Shown: positions 24,113 through 36,935, numbered from the stretch's first letter. The stretch is 64,000 nucleotides of DNA from Chrysemys picta bellii (GCF_011386835.1 NC_088801.1:34286001-34350000), one strand, 5' to 3'. The notes: a model not told the origin generated them from the letters alone. Program-made: numbers and translations.

Positions 24113-24615
24113 TTAAGTCTTATTGAAGGCCAGCCTTCTGATGCTTGGGCGATCATCTGGGGTGGAGTGACTGGGTGGACGGAGGCCCCCCCACCGTGTT
24201 CTTGGGCGTCTGGGTGAGGAGGCTATGGAACTTGGGGAGGAGGGCTGTTGGTTACACAGGGGCTGTAGCGGCGGTCTCTGCTCCTGCTGCCTTTCCTGCA
24301 ACTCAACCATACGCTCGAGCATATCAGTTTGATGCTCCAGCAGACGGAGCATTGCCTCTTGCCGTCTGTCTGCAAGCTGACGCCACCTATCGTCTTCAGC
24401 CCGCCACTTGCTCTGTTCTTCCCGCGATTCAGCCCGCCACCTCTCCTCTCGTTCATATTGGGCTTTTCTCATCTCCGTCATTGACTGCCTCCACGCATTC
24501 TGCTGTGCTCTATCAGCCTGGGCGGACATCTGCAGCTCCGTGAACATCTCGTCCCTCGTCCTACGTTTTCTCTTTCTAATGTTCACGAGCCTCTGCGAAG
24601 GAGAAACATTTGCAG
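24113..24615 (-). CDS. Harbinger Myb/SANT-like protein, exon 2 (basic NLS-like RKRKRR, coiled-coil, Ser/Pro-rich tail)
   Basis: Acceptor TTCTCCTCCGCCAG|CT at 24616. Phase-1 junction in frame with the 157-aa ORF to the stop at 24113. Confidence 0.82.
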
Positions 24616-25211
24616 CTGGCGGAGGAGAAGGGAGAGGTGGTTAAAAAAGACACATTTTAGAGAACAATGGGTACACTCTTTCATTACAAGGTCGCATATT
24701 TCGGCTTGCAGGCAGCCATCGTAGGCCACAGTGTTTTGGCTTTTTTAACCTTCTTAACATGCGGGAAAGGTTGCAAACAGCAGCGCATTTCCCATATCAA
24801 GGATGAATTGGGTTGTCCATTTAAAATGGGGTTTCAATGTAAAAGGAGTGGCTGCGGTTTCCCGGTTAACATGCGGCACAAACACAAGTAAACCCCCCCC
24901 CCCACACACACACACACGATTCTCTGGGATGAGCACTTCACCCCTCCCCCCACCGCGTGGTTAACAGCGGGGAACATTTCTGGTCAGAAGAGCAGGAACG
25001 GGCGCCTCTGAATGTCCCCTTAATAAAATCACCCCATTTCAACCAGGAGAGCTTTCTGGAGATGTCCCTGGAGGATTTCCGCTCCATCCCCATACACGTT
25101 AACAGACTTTTCCAGTAGATGTACTGGCCGCGATTGCCAGGGCAAAGTAATCATTAAACACGCTTGCTTTTTTTTTGTAATGTTTACAAATAGTTACAAA
25201 GTTACACTCAC

Positions 25212-25752
25212 CAGAGGTCTCCTGTGTGCCCTGAGGGTCTTGGGTGAGTTCGGGGGTTACTGGTTCCAGGTCCAGGGTCACAAACATATCCTGGCTGTTG
25301 GGGAAACCGGTTTCTCCGCTTCCTTGCTGCTGTGAGCTACCTACAGTACCTCCATCGTCATCTTCCTCGTTCCCCGAACCGTCTTCCCTGTGTGTTTCTC
25401 CAGTGAGAGAGTCATAGCACACGGTTGGGGTAGTGGTGGCTGCACCCCCTAGGATCGCATGCAGCTCCGCGTAGTAGCGGCAAGTTTGCGGCTCTGCCCC
25501 GGACCTTCCGTTTGCTTCTCTGGCTTTGTGGTAAGCTTGCCGTAGCTCCTTAATTTTCACGCGGCACTGCTGTGTGTCCCTGTTATGGCCTCGGTCCTTC
25601 ATGGCCTTGGAGATCTTTTCTAATACTTTTCCATTTCTTTTACTGCTACGGAGTTCAGCTATCACTGCTTCATCTCCCCATATGGCGAGCAGATCTCGTA
25701 CCTCCCGTTCGGTCCATGCTGGAGCTCTTTTGCGATCCTGGGAGGACTCCAT
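25212..25752 (-). CDS. Harbinger Myb/SANT-like (trihelix) DNA-binding protein, exon 1
   Basis: MESSQDRKRAPAWTEREVRDLLAIWG...ISKAMKDRGHNRDTQQCRVKIKELRQAY, typical of Myb/SANT-like DNA-binding domains. Donor G|GTGAGT at 25211. First in-frame ATG at 25752. Confidence 0.88.
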
Positions 25753-26813
25753 CACGGTTACCTGTGCTGATGAGCTCTGCGGGGTCACCTGTGCTCTCCA
25801 CGCTGGGCAAACAGGAAATGAAATTCAAACCTTCGCGGGTCTTTTCCTGTCTACCTGGTCAGTGCATCTGAGTTGAGAGTGCTGTCCAGAGCGGTCACAA
25901 TGAAGCACTGTGGGATAGCTCCCGGAGGCCAATAACGTCGAATTCCGTCCACACTACCCCAATTCCGACCCGCAAAGACCGGTTTTATCGCTAATCCCCT
26001 CGTCAGAGGTGGTGTAAAGAAACCGGTTTAAAGGACCCTTTAAGTCGAAAGAAAGGGCTTCGTTGTGTGGACGTGTCCAGGCTTAATTCGGTTTAACGCC
26101 GCTAAAGTCGACCTAAACCCGTAGTGTAGACCAGGCCTTAGAGAGCAAGTTTATTTCCCTTTTGGTTGGGAGCCAGAGTAGGCTGGATGTATTTGACGCC
26201 ACCACTTCCCTCTTTGAGAGTGTTATCTCCAAAGCAGGTAGATGCTCACACTTCATTAACCATAGTTCCCACTGGCTAAATGCTAATCTGCTACTCAACC
26301 CCTACTTTCATCCAAGGCAAAGTGGAAAAAAAGACCTTAGGGTCTCTGGTGGAAAAGAATCAGATACAAACGTGGTAAAATACACTTAAATTATTACCTG
26401 GTATACATCTAACACCAAACAAAATATTAAATAGATTATACTTGAAATAGTTTACAGGCAGTGAACTTCATAGATTCCCTAACCTGCTGGAGATCTGACT
26501 CTTAATATTTCTCACTATTGCACATGATCCTTTGGCCCTGCCATATGATTGGATCCACATAGTTAATATCTTGCAGAAGCATTAAACCATTCCCCTTTCT
26601 GTTATACTATCAGTTTATTTCTATTAAATTCTGCCTCCACCTTGATAAGAGTGTCACCGTAACACCCACTCTCAAACAGTGTCTGCACAGCTCTTAACAC
26701 AAATGAAAACACCATAGATTTACTGACACGCTGAAAAGATCCATTGTCTCCCAAGAACAGATCTAGCACTTATCCATCTACACTTATCCGAGCATATTAT
26801 CCTAGCACATAAC

Positions 26814-27637
26814 TCATCTAGTCCAGTCCCTTGCACACAGTGCAGGACTAAGTATTATCTGGACCATCCCTGACAAGTGTTTGTCTAACCTGCTCTTAAA
26901 AATCTCCAATGATGGAGATTCTACAACCTCCCTGGGCAATTTATTCCAGTGCTTAACCACCCTGACAGTTAGGAAGTTTTTCCTAATGTCCAACCTAAAC
27001 CGCCCTTGCTGCAATTTAAGCCCATTGCTTCTTGTCCTATCCTCAGAGGTTAAGGAGAATTTTTCTCCCTCCTCCTTGTAACAATCTTTTATGTACTTGA
27101 AAACTGTTATCCCCCCCTCAGTCTCTTGTCTCCAGACTAAACAAACCCAATATTTTCACTCTTTCCTCACAGGTCACGTATTCTAGACCTTTAATCATTT
27201 TTGTCACTCTTCTCTGAACTTTCTCCAATTTGTCCACATCTTTCCTGAAAGGAGGCGCCCAGAAGTGGACACAATACTCCAGTTGAGGCCTAATCAGCCT
27301 GGAGTAGCATGGAAGAATTACTTCTCATGTCTTGCTTACAACATTTCTGCTAATATATCCCAGAATGATGTTTGCTTTTTTGGCAACAGTGTTACACTGC
27401 TGACTCATATTTATCTAGTGATCCACTATGACCCCCCCCCAGATCCCGTTCTGCAGTATTTCTTCCTCAGCAGTCATTTCCCATTCTGTATGTGTGCAAC
27501 TGATTGTTCCTTCCTAAATGGAGTACTTTGCATCCGTCCTTATTGAATTTTATTCTATTTACTTCAGACCATTTTGCCAGTTTGTCCAGATAGTTTTGAA
27601 TTTTAATCCTATCCTCCAAATCACTTGCAAACCCCCC
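26814..27637 (-). mobile_element. CR1 LINE 3' portion
   Basis: QQGRFRLDIRKNFLTVRVVKHWNKLPREVVESPSLE peptide. Highly similar to 13029-13720. Confidence 0.9.
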
Positions 27638-27764
27638 GATGCTGCAAGGCTATAGGTAGTGGGATGGTACTTCTGGAATTCATTCCCACTAGGAATATAT
27701 TCAATCCCCAAATTGGACACATTGCAAATACATTCTGACTATATACCCCCTTCTTTGAGTAGCT

Positions 27765-28060
27765 GTTGGCTCCCACTACTTCTCTACATCACACACAAAC
27801 TTCTTGTACTTACCTTCAAGGCCCTTCAAAATCTAGCCCCACCAACCTGTCAACTGTTTTATTTTATGTCATTGCCATGCCAACAATGCCAACCTTTATC
27901 ACATGTTACTCCTCTTCTCCCACAAGCACCTCCATGCTTTCTCCCATACCACCGTGGTATGCATGGAACAATCATTGTGAAAACTAAAAATCTACAAAGT
28001 CATTGGCCTACCCACCTTGAAATCCCTCTTTAAGAATCACTTCTACCATGATTCCAACAA
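27765..28060 (+). mobile_element. Degraded L2-like LINE ORF2 C-terminal fragment
   Basis: Peptide WLPL...HKLLVLTFKALQNLAP, typical of the L2 ORF2 end. Confidence 0.55.
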
Positions 28061-29884
28061 AATCTGCCAACCAGGTGATAATGGCCTGGCAGGTTGAAAG
28101 TAGGTTTACCACCTGGCTGGTATTTGACCAGCCTGGCTGATTTTCTTATGGATTTGCCCATTGCCAGAAAAATAATTTAATCCACCCCCTTTTCTTAAAA
28201 TCAAAACTGTTGAAAATACAGCATCTGTCTGCCCACCAACACGCAAGTGCACCGCGCATGTGTGTGAGAGAGGGTTTGAGTCCGGTGAGAGTGAGGAGAC
28301 ATGTGATGTTATCAATCTTATCTGTATGTGGTATCTCTCTAGATGCTATAAGTGGCTATTGAAGGGGAGGGTTGCAGAGTTACTTTGTGGTTGGATGTTG
28401 GGGTTGCGGCAGGCTTGCCTTGTTGGGGGGGGAGGTGCTGGGTTTTTTTGCATTTTAAAGGTGGTAACCCTAGCTGAAGGCTTATATTGCAGCTACTGAT
28501 CAAAATTAAACAACACACCCACATAGAGTTGTATACATACTAATTGTGCACATGTGTAGGCATTCTCCACTAGAGGAGCTTCTAAACTTAACTGGGAGTG
28601 TTCCAGTCAGGAAGATCCTGAGTGCTGCAATCCAGCCTGGGAGACCACAGCTCCCATGATGCCTTGGAGAGACTTCCATTTCTAGATGATGCAGGGAGAG
28701 CATGCAGTGGGCGCCATCTTGGAGGGGAGCTCAGATCCTTGTTGGGGAGCTGAGATTGTTTTGTGGAGCTCTGTCCAAGCCAGAAAGTGCTGCTAAGCTG
28801 CTGCTAGAAAGACAGAAGCTGCTACTGAGAAACTGCTGGGCCTTTGCCCAAGCAGAAAGCCACAGAGACTACTGCTGGGCTTCATTGGAGGCATGGCAGT
28901 GACTTTGGCTGGATACAGAAATGACTGAGGCAGGCCTGCAGTGAAGGCAGTATGACTAACCACCACCTTTGTTGTCTGAGAAAGTGCTTGCAGGGGAAAG
29001 AGGCTAGCAAAGGGACTTTAAGGTGATTCCCTGAATCTGTGAAGAGACAAAGTGTTCTTACTGTCTAAGCAGGATCCAGGGTTAATGACCTCTGGTTATA
29101 ACAACTCCCATCTTCAGAGGAGTTGTGTAGCTTGGAATGAGCCCAAGTTAGAATTGCTCTGCCCCTGGTTGCCTGGGCTTCTTTCCCAGACCAACAGAGT
29201 CCCAATCTTCAAGTACGCCCATGCAAGCAAGCATCTAGAACTCTGAATTTCAGAGGAGTGAACATTTCGGGGTGGGGTAAATAGTGCCGGTGTAAATGTA
29301 AGGTGGTTAAGTTTAATTTACTACTGTAACCAGCAATTATTAATTGATTTATTGAAGTGCCCCCTGCTGATTTAAAGTGGTTGTGACATTTTAATTAATC
29401 TCAGTCTGTTAGGTCATGTTTTTCTAAGTTGTGCAGTAAAGGTGTATTAACTCCAATCTAAGTGTCTATTGGTTGTATATTGTTTATAATTGGTACTTCT
29501 GAGTTAGACCCATTGCATAGATTTGCTCAGTTTTACTCATGGAGGCTCCCAAGGCACGCCGGTGAGTGTGTACAGGGCCCAGCCAGGTTCAGGCACCACC
29601 AAGATTAATTTCTGTTATAAGTAAAAGGACTGCAGCAGAGGAGTGGATAGAGGATTCCCACCTATCCATCAACACCACGGGCATTCTCAGGATCTCTTTT
29701 ATTGTCAACAACATCAGGCACCCAGGTGAGTGTTGCCTGCTCCTGAGTAACCCAGGAAGAAAAGGGGATTACACATAGTTAGTCTGTGCAAAACATGTCC
29801 TTATTACAGTACTCTGGTCATCCCATCCCCTTTTCTCCATTTCACCCACCTGTTAGTCTTATCTTTAAAACTGTAACCTCTTGT

Positions 29885-29990
29885 CTTTTTCTATATGTAT
29901 GTGCAGCATCCAGTATTCTGGGGTCCTGATCTGGCTGGGGACTCTAAGTACCAATGTAATACAAATAAATTAATAATAATTAATATTATA
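29885..29990 (+). mobile_element. L2-like 3' tail
   Basis: GTGCAGCATC...GGGGTCCTGATCTGGCTGGGGACTCTAAG...GTAATACAAATAAATTAATAATAAT. Confidence 0.45.
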
Positions 29991-30133
29991 ATTTGTCTAT
30001 TTTTTCTAGTAATTACAGGCTCTGGAATCCTTGCTAGGTTGTCTCCGTCTCTGTTCTTTAGGGTTATACTGATGCCTGGAAGTTGGGCAAGAGTACTGTT
30101 GTATTAATTTAGATTAAATAAATGGGCCAAAGG

Positions 30134-30977
30134 TGTTAACATTACCCGGTCACTGTCCAACATTAAAAGGTGTTAAACAAGGTCCAGGATTTGGTATACA
30201 GAGACCTCAGCCTGCTTAGAACCATGCCAAACACATTATTAAACATCCTCTTAACCTTTTATTAAAGATACAGAAAAGAAGAAAAACAGTTAAAACATTG
30301 GAAATGCAAAGTATTAAATAAGGCTTTCACTGTAACAACATTTCTTGCTCCATTTCTCTTTAGCTGGAGAGAGTTTTAGAAGGAAAAAAAGTGTTTGACA
30401 GTCTCTTAGATGGTATTAAAGATGGTAATAACTGTCATCCCGGGAGTTCAGCTGAAGATGGTAGAGGTGGTGATATTGTCTGCATCCCTCTTTTTCTGGC
30501 CTGTTTTGATAAGGGCACTTTTTAGAATCAGGATGATGAAGGCCTGGGGTCCCAGGAATTGGTGGGTGGCAGCTATGATGGTGAAGCTCATTCTAGTAGC
30601 CTCCGTCTGTTCTTTCCATCTGTTCTTATTTTGTTCTTTTGTCCTTTTCTTTTAGGGACCCAAAAAGGGAGTGATGCATGGAAATAGATAGACAAAATAA
30701 TAAGGGTAGGGTACAGGCTATTAGGCTTAATATCTGACATACCAATTTTGGTTTATTAACTTCCGGCTCCACATACCCTCTTTTTAACAAACATACATTC
30801 AGCACAGTCCTTGAATCATATCAACTTGGCCTTTTTGTTTTGACTAATTTAGTCATTCTGTCTCCCTTTCACACATTTTCCCATCAACATTTGTTGTTGT
30901 AACATCTTGTGAACTTTTACCTACTCTTGACAATTGAGTTCACAATTCCGGTAAATTTGTAGGCCCACTTTGTCACA
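30134..30977 (-). mobile_element. Possible solo LTR
   Basis: TG...CA bounded block with a minus-strand AATAAA near 30260. No TSD found. Confidence 0.3.
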
Positions 30978-33900
30978 ACAGCACTACAGAATATTTGTGC
31001 CACATAGCTGGAAAATTGTATTTGCTCTTATTCTAAACCATGTAACATTTGTCAAGCTATTGGGGGGGGATAGGTGACTTAAAAGCATGTTTAATAATAA
31101 TAATAATTAATACTGGCTGATATAACATGAAATACCTTTGGGCTATACCTAGGTGGTAAATAGAGGGTAATTTAATTGGAGACAATGCTTATAGCATGTT
31201 AAACTTTGATAAATGGGCAAGTAATTTCTTTTGACCATGGCATTTTTATTCTTTATTCTTTATATGGCATCAACAATGTACTAGATGCTTTACAGCCAGG
31301 TAGTAGGATAGATACCTTGCCCCAAAGAGCTTACAACTGAGATAGACAACAGGGAGGGGGAAAGTAGTAACAAAAAGCCATGTGAGTAAAAACTGAAGCC
31401 TTGTACATATCTTCTTAGCCCTAGGATTTTTGTTGGGACCTTTTCCTTCTTTTAATGATCAGGAAGAGAAGGGAAGTTAGGACACTTGCTGGAGGGGTTG
31501 GGAACACTTAGTAGTGTTCTTATTTGTGGGTAGTAACAGATACAAGAGATTAATTGGATCTTTGATTTTGCCTTACAAAAACTAAACACTCTTCCTCTGC
31601 CCCTTGCAATTATATCTCTTACACTGGCCCAATCATCATCTTATCTAATACACAGTTTCTAAGGATGGGCCCATACAACATTTTTTTATTCCATCATCCC
31701 CACACCTCCCATGTGTATCTCTGTTGGACAGTTTCTTCCCGTGCAAACAGTGCCTGAGCTAATTCTCAAATTTCAAGGGGATGTGATTAGCACATGTGGT
31801 CAACAACTTTTCAAAGTTTCTTGCTGCAGAATAAGTCAAAGAGGCTAACATAACTCTTCTTCCAGTAAAGTACTCTGTTTTCCTCCCTCGTCTGTGATTT
31901 GAGAACAGGGAAGGAAATTTTTATGTGCATATGTAGCAATGGTAAGCAGCTGTACAAACCTTCCTTTCCTAAAGGTTGATGAGTATATGTTTCACTAGCA
32001 TTAACACATCTGAAAGACATTTGACACTTTGGAAGACTGACTCTGAATCTTTAAAATGCTTTGCCAGAAATTCCTCTGATATTCTAACTTCTATTCCTTT
32101 TTTCTTCTGGCTCACAGAGTATAGTCTTTAACAGCCAAACACAGAAGATCAAGTGCTTTCAACAGCTAGACATTTAGGAATACAACCTGGTTCTTTCTGT
32201 GGCTTCTTAAATAACTGGCTCCTGAGATCACATGGCAAAAAGAGAGAACATTTCTATAATAAAGAGTTTTAGATTGATCTGGAATATACAATAGGAAGAC
32301 ATATTTGTGCTTTTTATGTGAGTTTATAAATGTAAAAAAATCATCTGTCATGAAAACCCAGCTTCTGAATACATCTGAGCAAATATGGCAGTTTGTTATT
32401 TGCAAGAATATTTGTAGAAAGTCTTGCAAATACTTATGTGAACATGTTTAGGCAAAGATATGGGCCAGAAGTGTTTGCATGGCCATCCTAAAATCTCTTT
32501 GATTTCTCTCCTCCTGTTTATACAAATTTCAGTTCACACATCCAGTCTGGAAGCAAAACTAATGATATGTGACTTAAGGGACTAATCATATGCCGTGAAT
32601 AGCAAATAGTTGACAAAATAGTCAGAGCAAGTAGTTTGTGAGCAGCCCAGAACCGTTTTGAATACTGAGCATATTTGTAAAGTTCAGCATCTGCTTGTGG
32701 ATATTTTGCATAGAAACACAAGGGCTAAACTGAATGGATAAAGTATTAGCTACAGCTAGTATTTCCTATGAGTAGCTCTGCTGCTGACTCAGTTCTGGAG
32801 GAAGGTCATATACCTACTCTGTATAAGGAAAGAGCTCTTCTCCAATAGGGTCTTATTAGTGGTACAAGTGGAGCTCCCTACAGGACACTTGTTTTGCACC
32901 CCTGGAGGAAATGGTGGCCTCCACTAGTACATATGCTAGCACTGAGGGCAAGCAGGAAGGTTTCCGTGCAGACTCAGGTAAGCTCAAAGGCTTTTGTCCA
33001 TTCAGAATGAAACGTACATTGTACTTGCCAATAAACCTGCCATTTTAAAGCTCTGGGGTTTTAATCTTATAAATAATAGAGTTCAGAGAAGGAGGGTTTT
33101 CAAGTCTGCATAGTTCTGCCTGGAATTCAGATTTATGTAATGCACTCTGAGGACTGTTGTGCTGAAATACATGCAAGTTGTGGGGTATTTGAGATTCAAG
33201 GCCTATATTGCACAAGAATATGCAATGCAACACTAATATTTCTCTCTGTTAAGCTATTTTTCTCCAGCTGCTGCAAGACCATCCATCATTCAATGGCAGC
33301 CCAGAGCTATCCAGTCCACTGCATGTATTGACATCGCTTTTTTCCTTTCTGCTGAAGAGTCTGTTAACAAGCATGAGAGACACAGCCAAGGTTCTCTTGA
33401 AATCTGTAAAAACTGCTGAGGTGAAGGTCTAGCATTTCAGTTAGATATAAAAGTTATACGTTCACAAACTTTCTATTACTGAGGGCACCTGCTTACTGTG
33501 TGATATATGCCTACATGCACATTTTGCATAACCATTAGAAGAGCAAGGAACAAGTCAACTTAGTATCTTTTCTGTATTCAACAGAAAAAAAGGGTGTTTT
33601 TAATAGTATATTGCAGAATATTATATTTTGGATGCCTAATTAAAAAAATTTAATACCTGAGTAAAGTTAGCAGTGCTTTCATTAATTAGATAATAGGCTG
33701 TCTGAAATACCCAAGCTGACTTAGTGCAACAAGAAGTCCCAGAATAATTTCATTTATCAGTCCATGCACTTATAGACACACAGCCAAGTCCACTGATGTC
33801 ATGACATCCTTCTAGTGTTGTCGCTGTTCTACTGAATTCCAAATAAAGTATATGTTGAACAAACTTTGAAACTATTCACAGAGCGCCAGTGGGCTATTTG

Positions 33901-35465
33901 GGAACCTACTACAGCAACACAGTGAAGACCAGATCAAACTAGAAATCTAGTCATCCAGTATTATAATTTAACATACTAGTACAACCATAACCTGGGGAAC
34001 AGGGTAAGACATGGAGGATAAGTCACAACAACAAAGACATTCCAAGTCAAAGTGACCATTTGTGAAGGTTTGGAAACAATTTACAATGTTTTAAAAACCT
34101 TGGTTTAGGTCAGTTCCTTTGTATACTTTCCCATCTGGTAATGCTGCTTCTAGTTCCACAGAGAAGTCTTTTTACCTTGGTGGTAACTGCAGAAAATATT
34201 ACATTTTTGCAGGCAAGGAGGGAGTCATCAATAAAGAAAACTCCTCAAGATAGGTGTATTGGTGTATAGGTATTGGTTTGCTCTGACAAGGAATGAAAAC
34301 AGCTTGTTTTCTGCTTGTGCAATATTTGTGAGCAGACCATGGTAAGATTCTGTGCAGTGCCCCTGGGAAACACGGTCGGGGGTAGGTGACTTTGAGCCAC
34401 ATTTGTGTCCTAACAATTCTGAGCTGCTCCAGGGTTGAAATGGCCCCAGGTGTTTTTGACACATCCCACGGAACTGCTTTAAGTTATGGCAGCCTCCTTG
34501 ATTATGCATATTGCTTGCACCACCTTTCCACCTATCTCCCTCCCTGGCTCTGGAGGCAGACAGTTCAAGTTAGATCAGTCTCTGGTTGATCTTGCACAGG
34601 CAGTAATGGCCCACCTAGGGATCACTTCACTTCCCCCCAGTATGTTCCAGCTTCTTTCCTGCCCAGCTACTGTGCTTAAAGCCCCTTGGCATTCTCTTTC
34701 ACAAGAGGAATCTCCAGCAGGCTGCTTAAGCCAGTTTTCCCCATGTCATGAGCACCATCAGAGCAAAGCACAGAGGCTAGAGTGGCACTGAGGATTTTAC
34801 CCAGTCCCCTAAATGCAGGAATGTAAAAATCTACTACAGGTCCTAAAATTAGACACAGGAGGCTAATTTCCTCCAGCATTAAGAGGGCAGCCATTCTCTG
34901 CAGAAAGCACCAGTTACTCCAGTTCTGAATGAGATTAATTTGGAACATTCAAAGTGCTTAAGAAAGGGCAACTTTCTGGTCCTAATGAATCAGGCAGACT
35001 GATGTCCATGGGAACAAGATTAATGAGGGTGAAGTCTCAACATCTTTTTGGCTGTCCGCAGAAGGCAGCCATGGAAGAGAGAAAACAAAGTGTCCACTGG
35101 TGGGCTGAATTTATACTGGCTCACCCAACTGGGTGTGAAAGCCTGAGCCAGGATCTGTAGTTTCTAGATGAAAAAGAAGCTGTAGGATTTATGGTAAACA
35201 GAGTTTTCATTGACAACATTGGTGATGGATTAATTTAAAGCAGGAAACTACAGTACTATTACACTATTTAAGATGGAGTGGAACACTACGTGTTAGAAAA
35301 CGTAAGTTTATATGGAAAGAAAGACTATCTTCCCATTAATCTACACCAAGCAAACACTTTTGCATTTATATGACAGTGGGGAAACATACAACTATTGCTT
35401 TAACTGCTATCAGTTTATTTTGGTGGTTGGGATTCGTGTTAACAGTATTATAAGCCTAAAACATA

Positions 35466-35532
35466 GGGCCAAATTCAGACCTGGGATAAGCAGTCATGGT
35501 GAACTTGCTTACACCAGGGCTGAATTTGGTCC
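35466..35532. repeat. Short imperfect palindromic element (old MITE relic)
   Basis: Arms GGCCAAATTCAGACCTGGGATAAGC and rc GACCAAATTCAGCCCTGGTGTAAGC. Confidence 0.7.
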
Positions 35533-36615
35533 ATTGTATGCAAAAATCACAAAAGTGTTTAGAATTACTAGGAATTAGCTTTAAGCCCACATACATTTAT
35601 TGACTCCATGTGCGAAATACATACATTATTTTACAGTGAGCCATTAAAAATAGACATTTAGGGCTTGAACCTGAAGGGTGCAAAGCCCTCTTGTGAGGTA
35701 GTGAACAGCCTCAACTCCCATTTATGTCAGTGGGAGTTGTGGGATCTCAGCTCTCCACAAGAGTTTTCAGCACCAGACAGGATTCAATACTAGTAACTGT
35801 CAGTATTTGCTGCGTTCCCTATAACCTGAATGGGAAATCCCGCAAATACAGTGAGACATTTTGGTTGCCTGTGAAAATAGGACTTTTTTTTAAATAAAGA
35901 CTCTAATCCCTCAGATGGAAGGCATCTGTTGCCCTCTTGGAAATGCAGGATTCCATCTATCTTCTTGTAACCACATTCTGCTTGTCTACACATGGTGTTA
36001 TTCATGAACAACTATTCCTGAATAACTCCATGTGTAGATAATCCCTTATATTAATCAGGACTCGCCGGTAGGGACAGAGTAGCGGAAAAGCAAAAGGAGA
36101 AAAGATTGAAAGCAGTCAGATAAGAGTGCACTTCAAGTGTATCTGAGATCTTCTAGCTAGAAGCTGAGGATGGAATCGTCAGGTGGGGTCCAGGAACAAT
36201 GCCTTGGTGGAAAACCTAGTAGCCTACACACTTGCAGGCACTTCATCTAATGAATAGGTAGGCGTCTGGTAAATATTTGTATAATGATATGGCATCTTAT
36301 ATATTGGGCTCTAAAGGCATTAAACAAATTAACATAGTTCCTTGGAGGATGCTCCCTGAATTTAATTATGCTAAACATATATATGAAGATGAACTATTTA
36401 TTATAACAAAAATGTGTTTCTTAAAGTGGCTCTTTAGCCAGTTAACCGTTTTCCCCCAGATATGTTACAACAATAGTAATACAGTGTACCACACTGCTCT
36501 GCATCAGAGAAGCTAAAAACTGTGTTAAATCTCACCACACCTCTGAAAAACAGGTAAGCAGAAATTATAGGTTGAGAAAACTAAAGTATGAGGCCCTTAG
36601 GGGAGTGAGAGAGTA

Positions 36616-36935
36616 GGTCTAGATTTTTAAAGGTATTTAGGTGCCTGAAGATAAAGAGAGGTGGGTTTTTCAAAAGCCCCTAAGTCCCTAACTCCCATTG
36701 ATTTCAATAAGACTTAGGTAATCTTACTAGGAGCCTATCTGCATTTTTATACATCTACATACCTTTAAAAATTTTTGCATTTTTTAAAGGTATGTAGATG
36801 TATAAAAATGCAGATCGTAAGATTACCTAAGTCTTATTGAAATCAATGGGAGTTAGGGACTTCGGGGCTTTTGAAAGACCCACCAGGAGCCTCTCTCTAT
36901 CTTCAGGCACCTAAATACCATTAAACATCTGGCAC
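36616..36935. repeat. ~320-bp inverted duplication of a palindromic MITE
   Basis: 36737-36771 vs 36781-36815 perfect (35/35). 36661-36727 vs 36817-36883 65/67. 36621-36660 vs 36891-36930 37/40. Confidence 0.92.

Larger units (their letters stand above)
20584..26137 (+). mobile_element. Autonomous PIF/Harbinger DNA transposon (5554 bp), apparently intact
   Basis: Left TIR GGGTACGTCTACACTACG and right TIR rc GGCCTGGTCTACACTACG, followed by TTA (26138-26140). Encodes convergent DDE transposase and Myb/SANT genes, the canonical Harbinger two-gene layout. Confidence 0.95.

Noticed and set aside
25803-25854. Possible 5'-UTR intron of the Myb gene (GTAGAC...TTTGCCCAG)
   Set aside because: Only 52 nt, below the usual vertebrate minimum. 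The acceptor looks good but the donor cannot be assigned.
28302-29264. Possible solo LTR (TG...CA)
   Set aside because: No TSD and no clear TATA/poly(A) arrangement.
34199-35160. Cluster of overlapping 67-101-aa ORFs
   Set aside because: No recognisable domain. It may be an old retroelement, but cannot be supported without a search.
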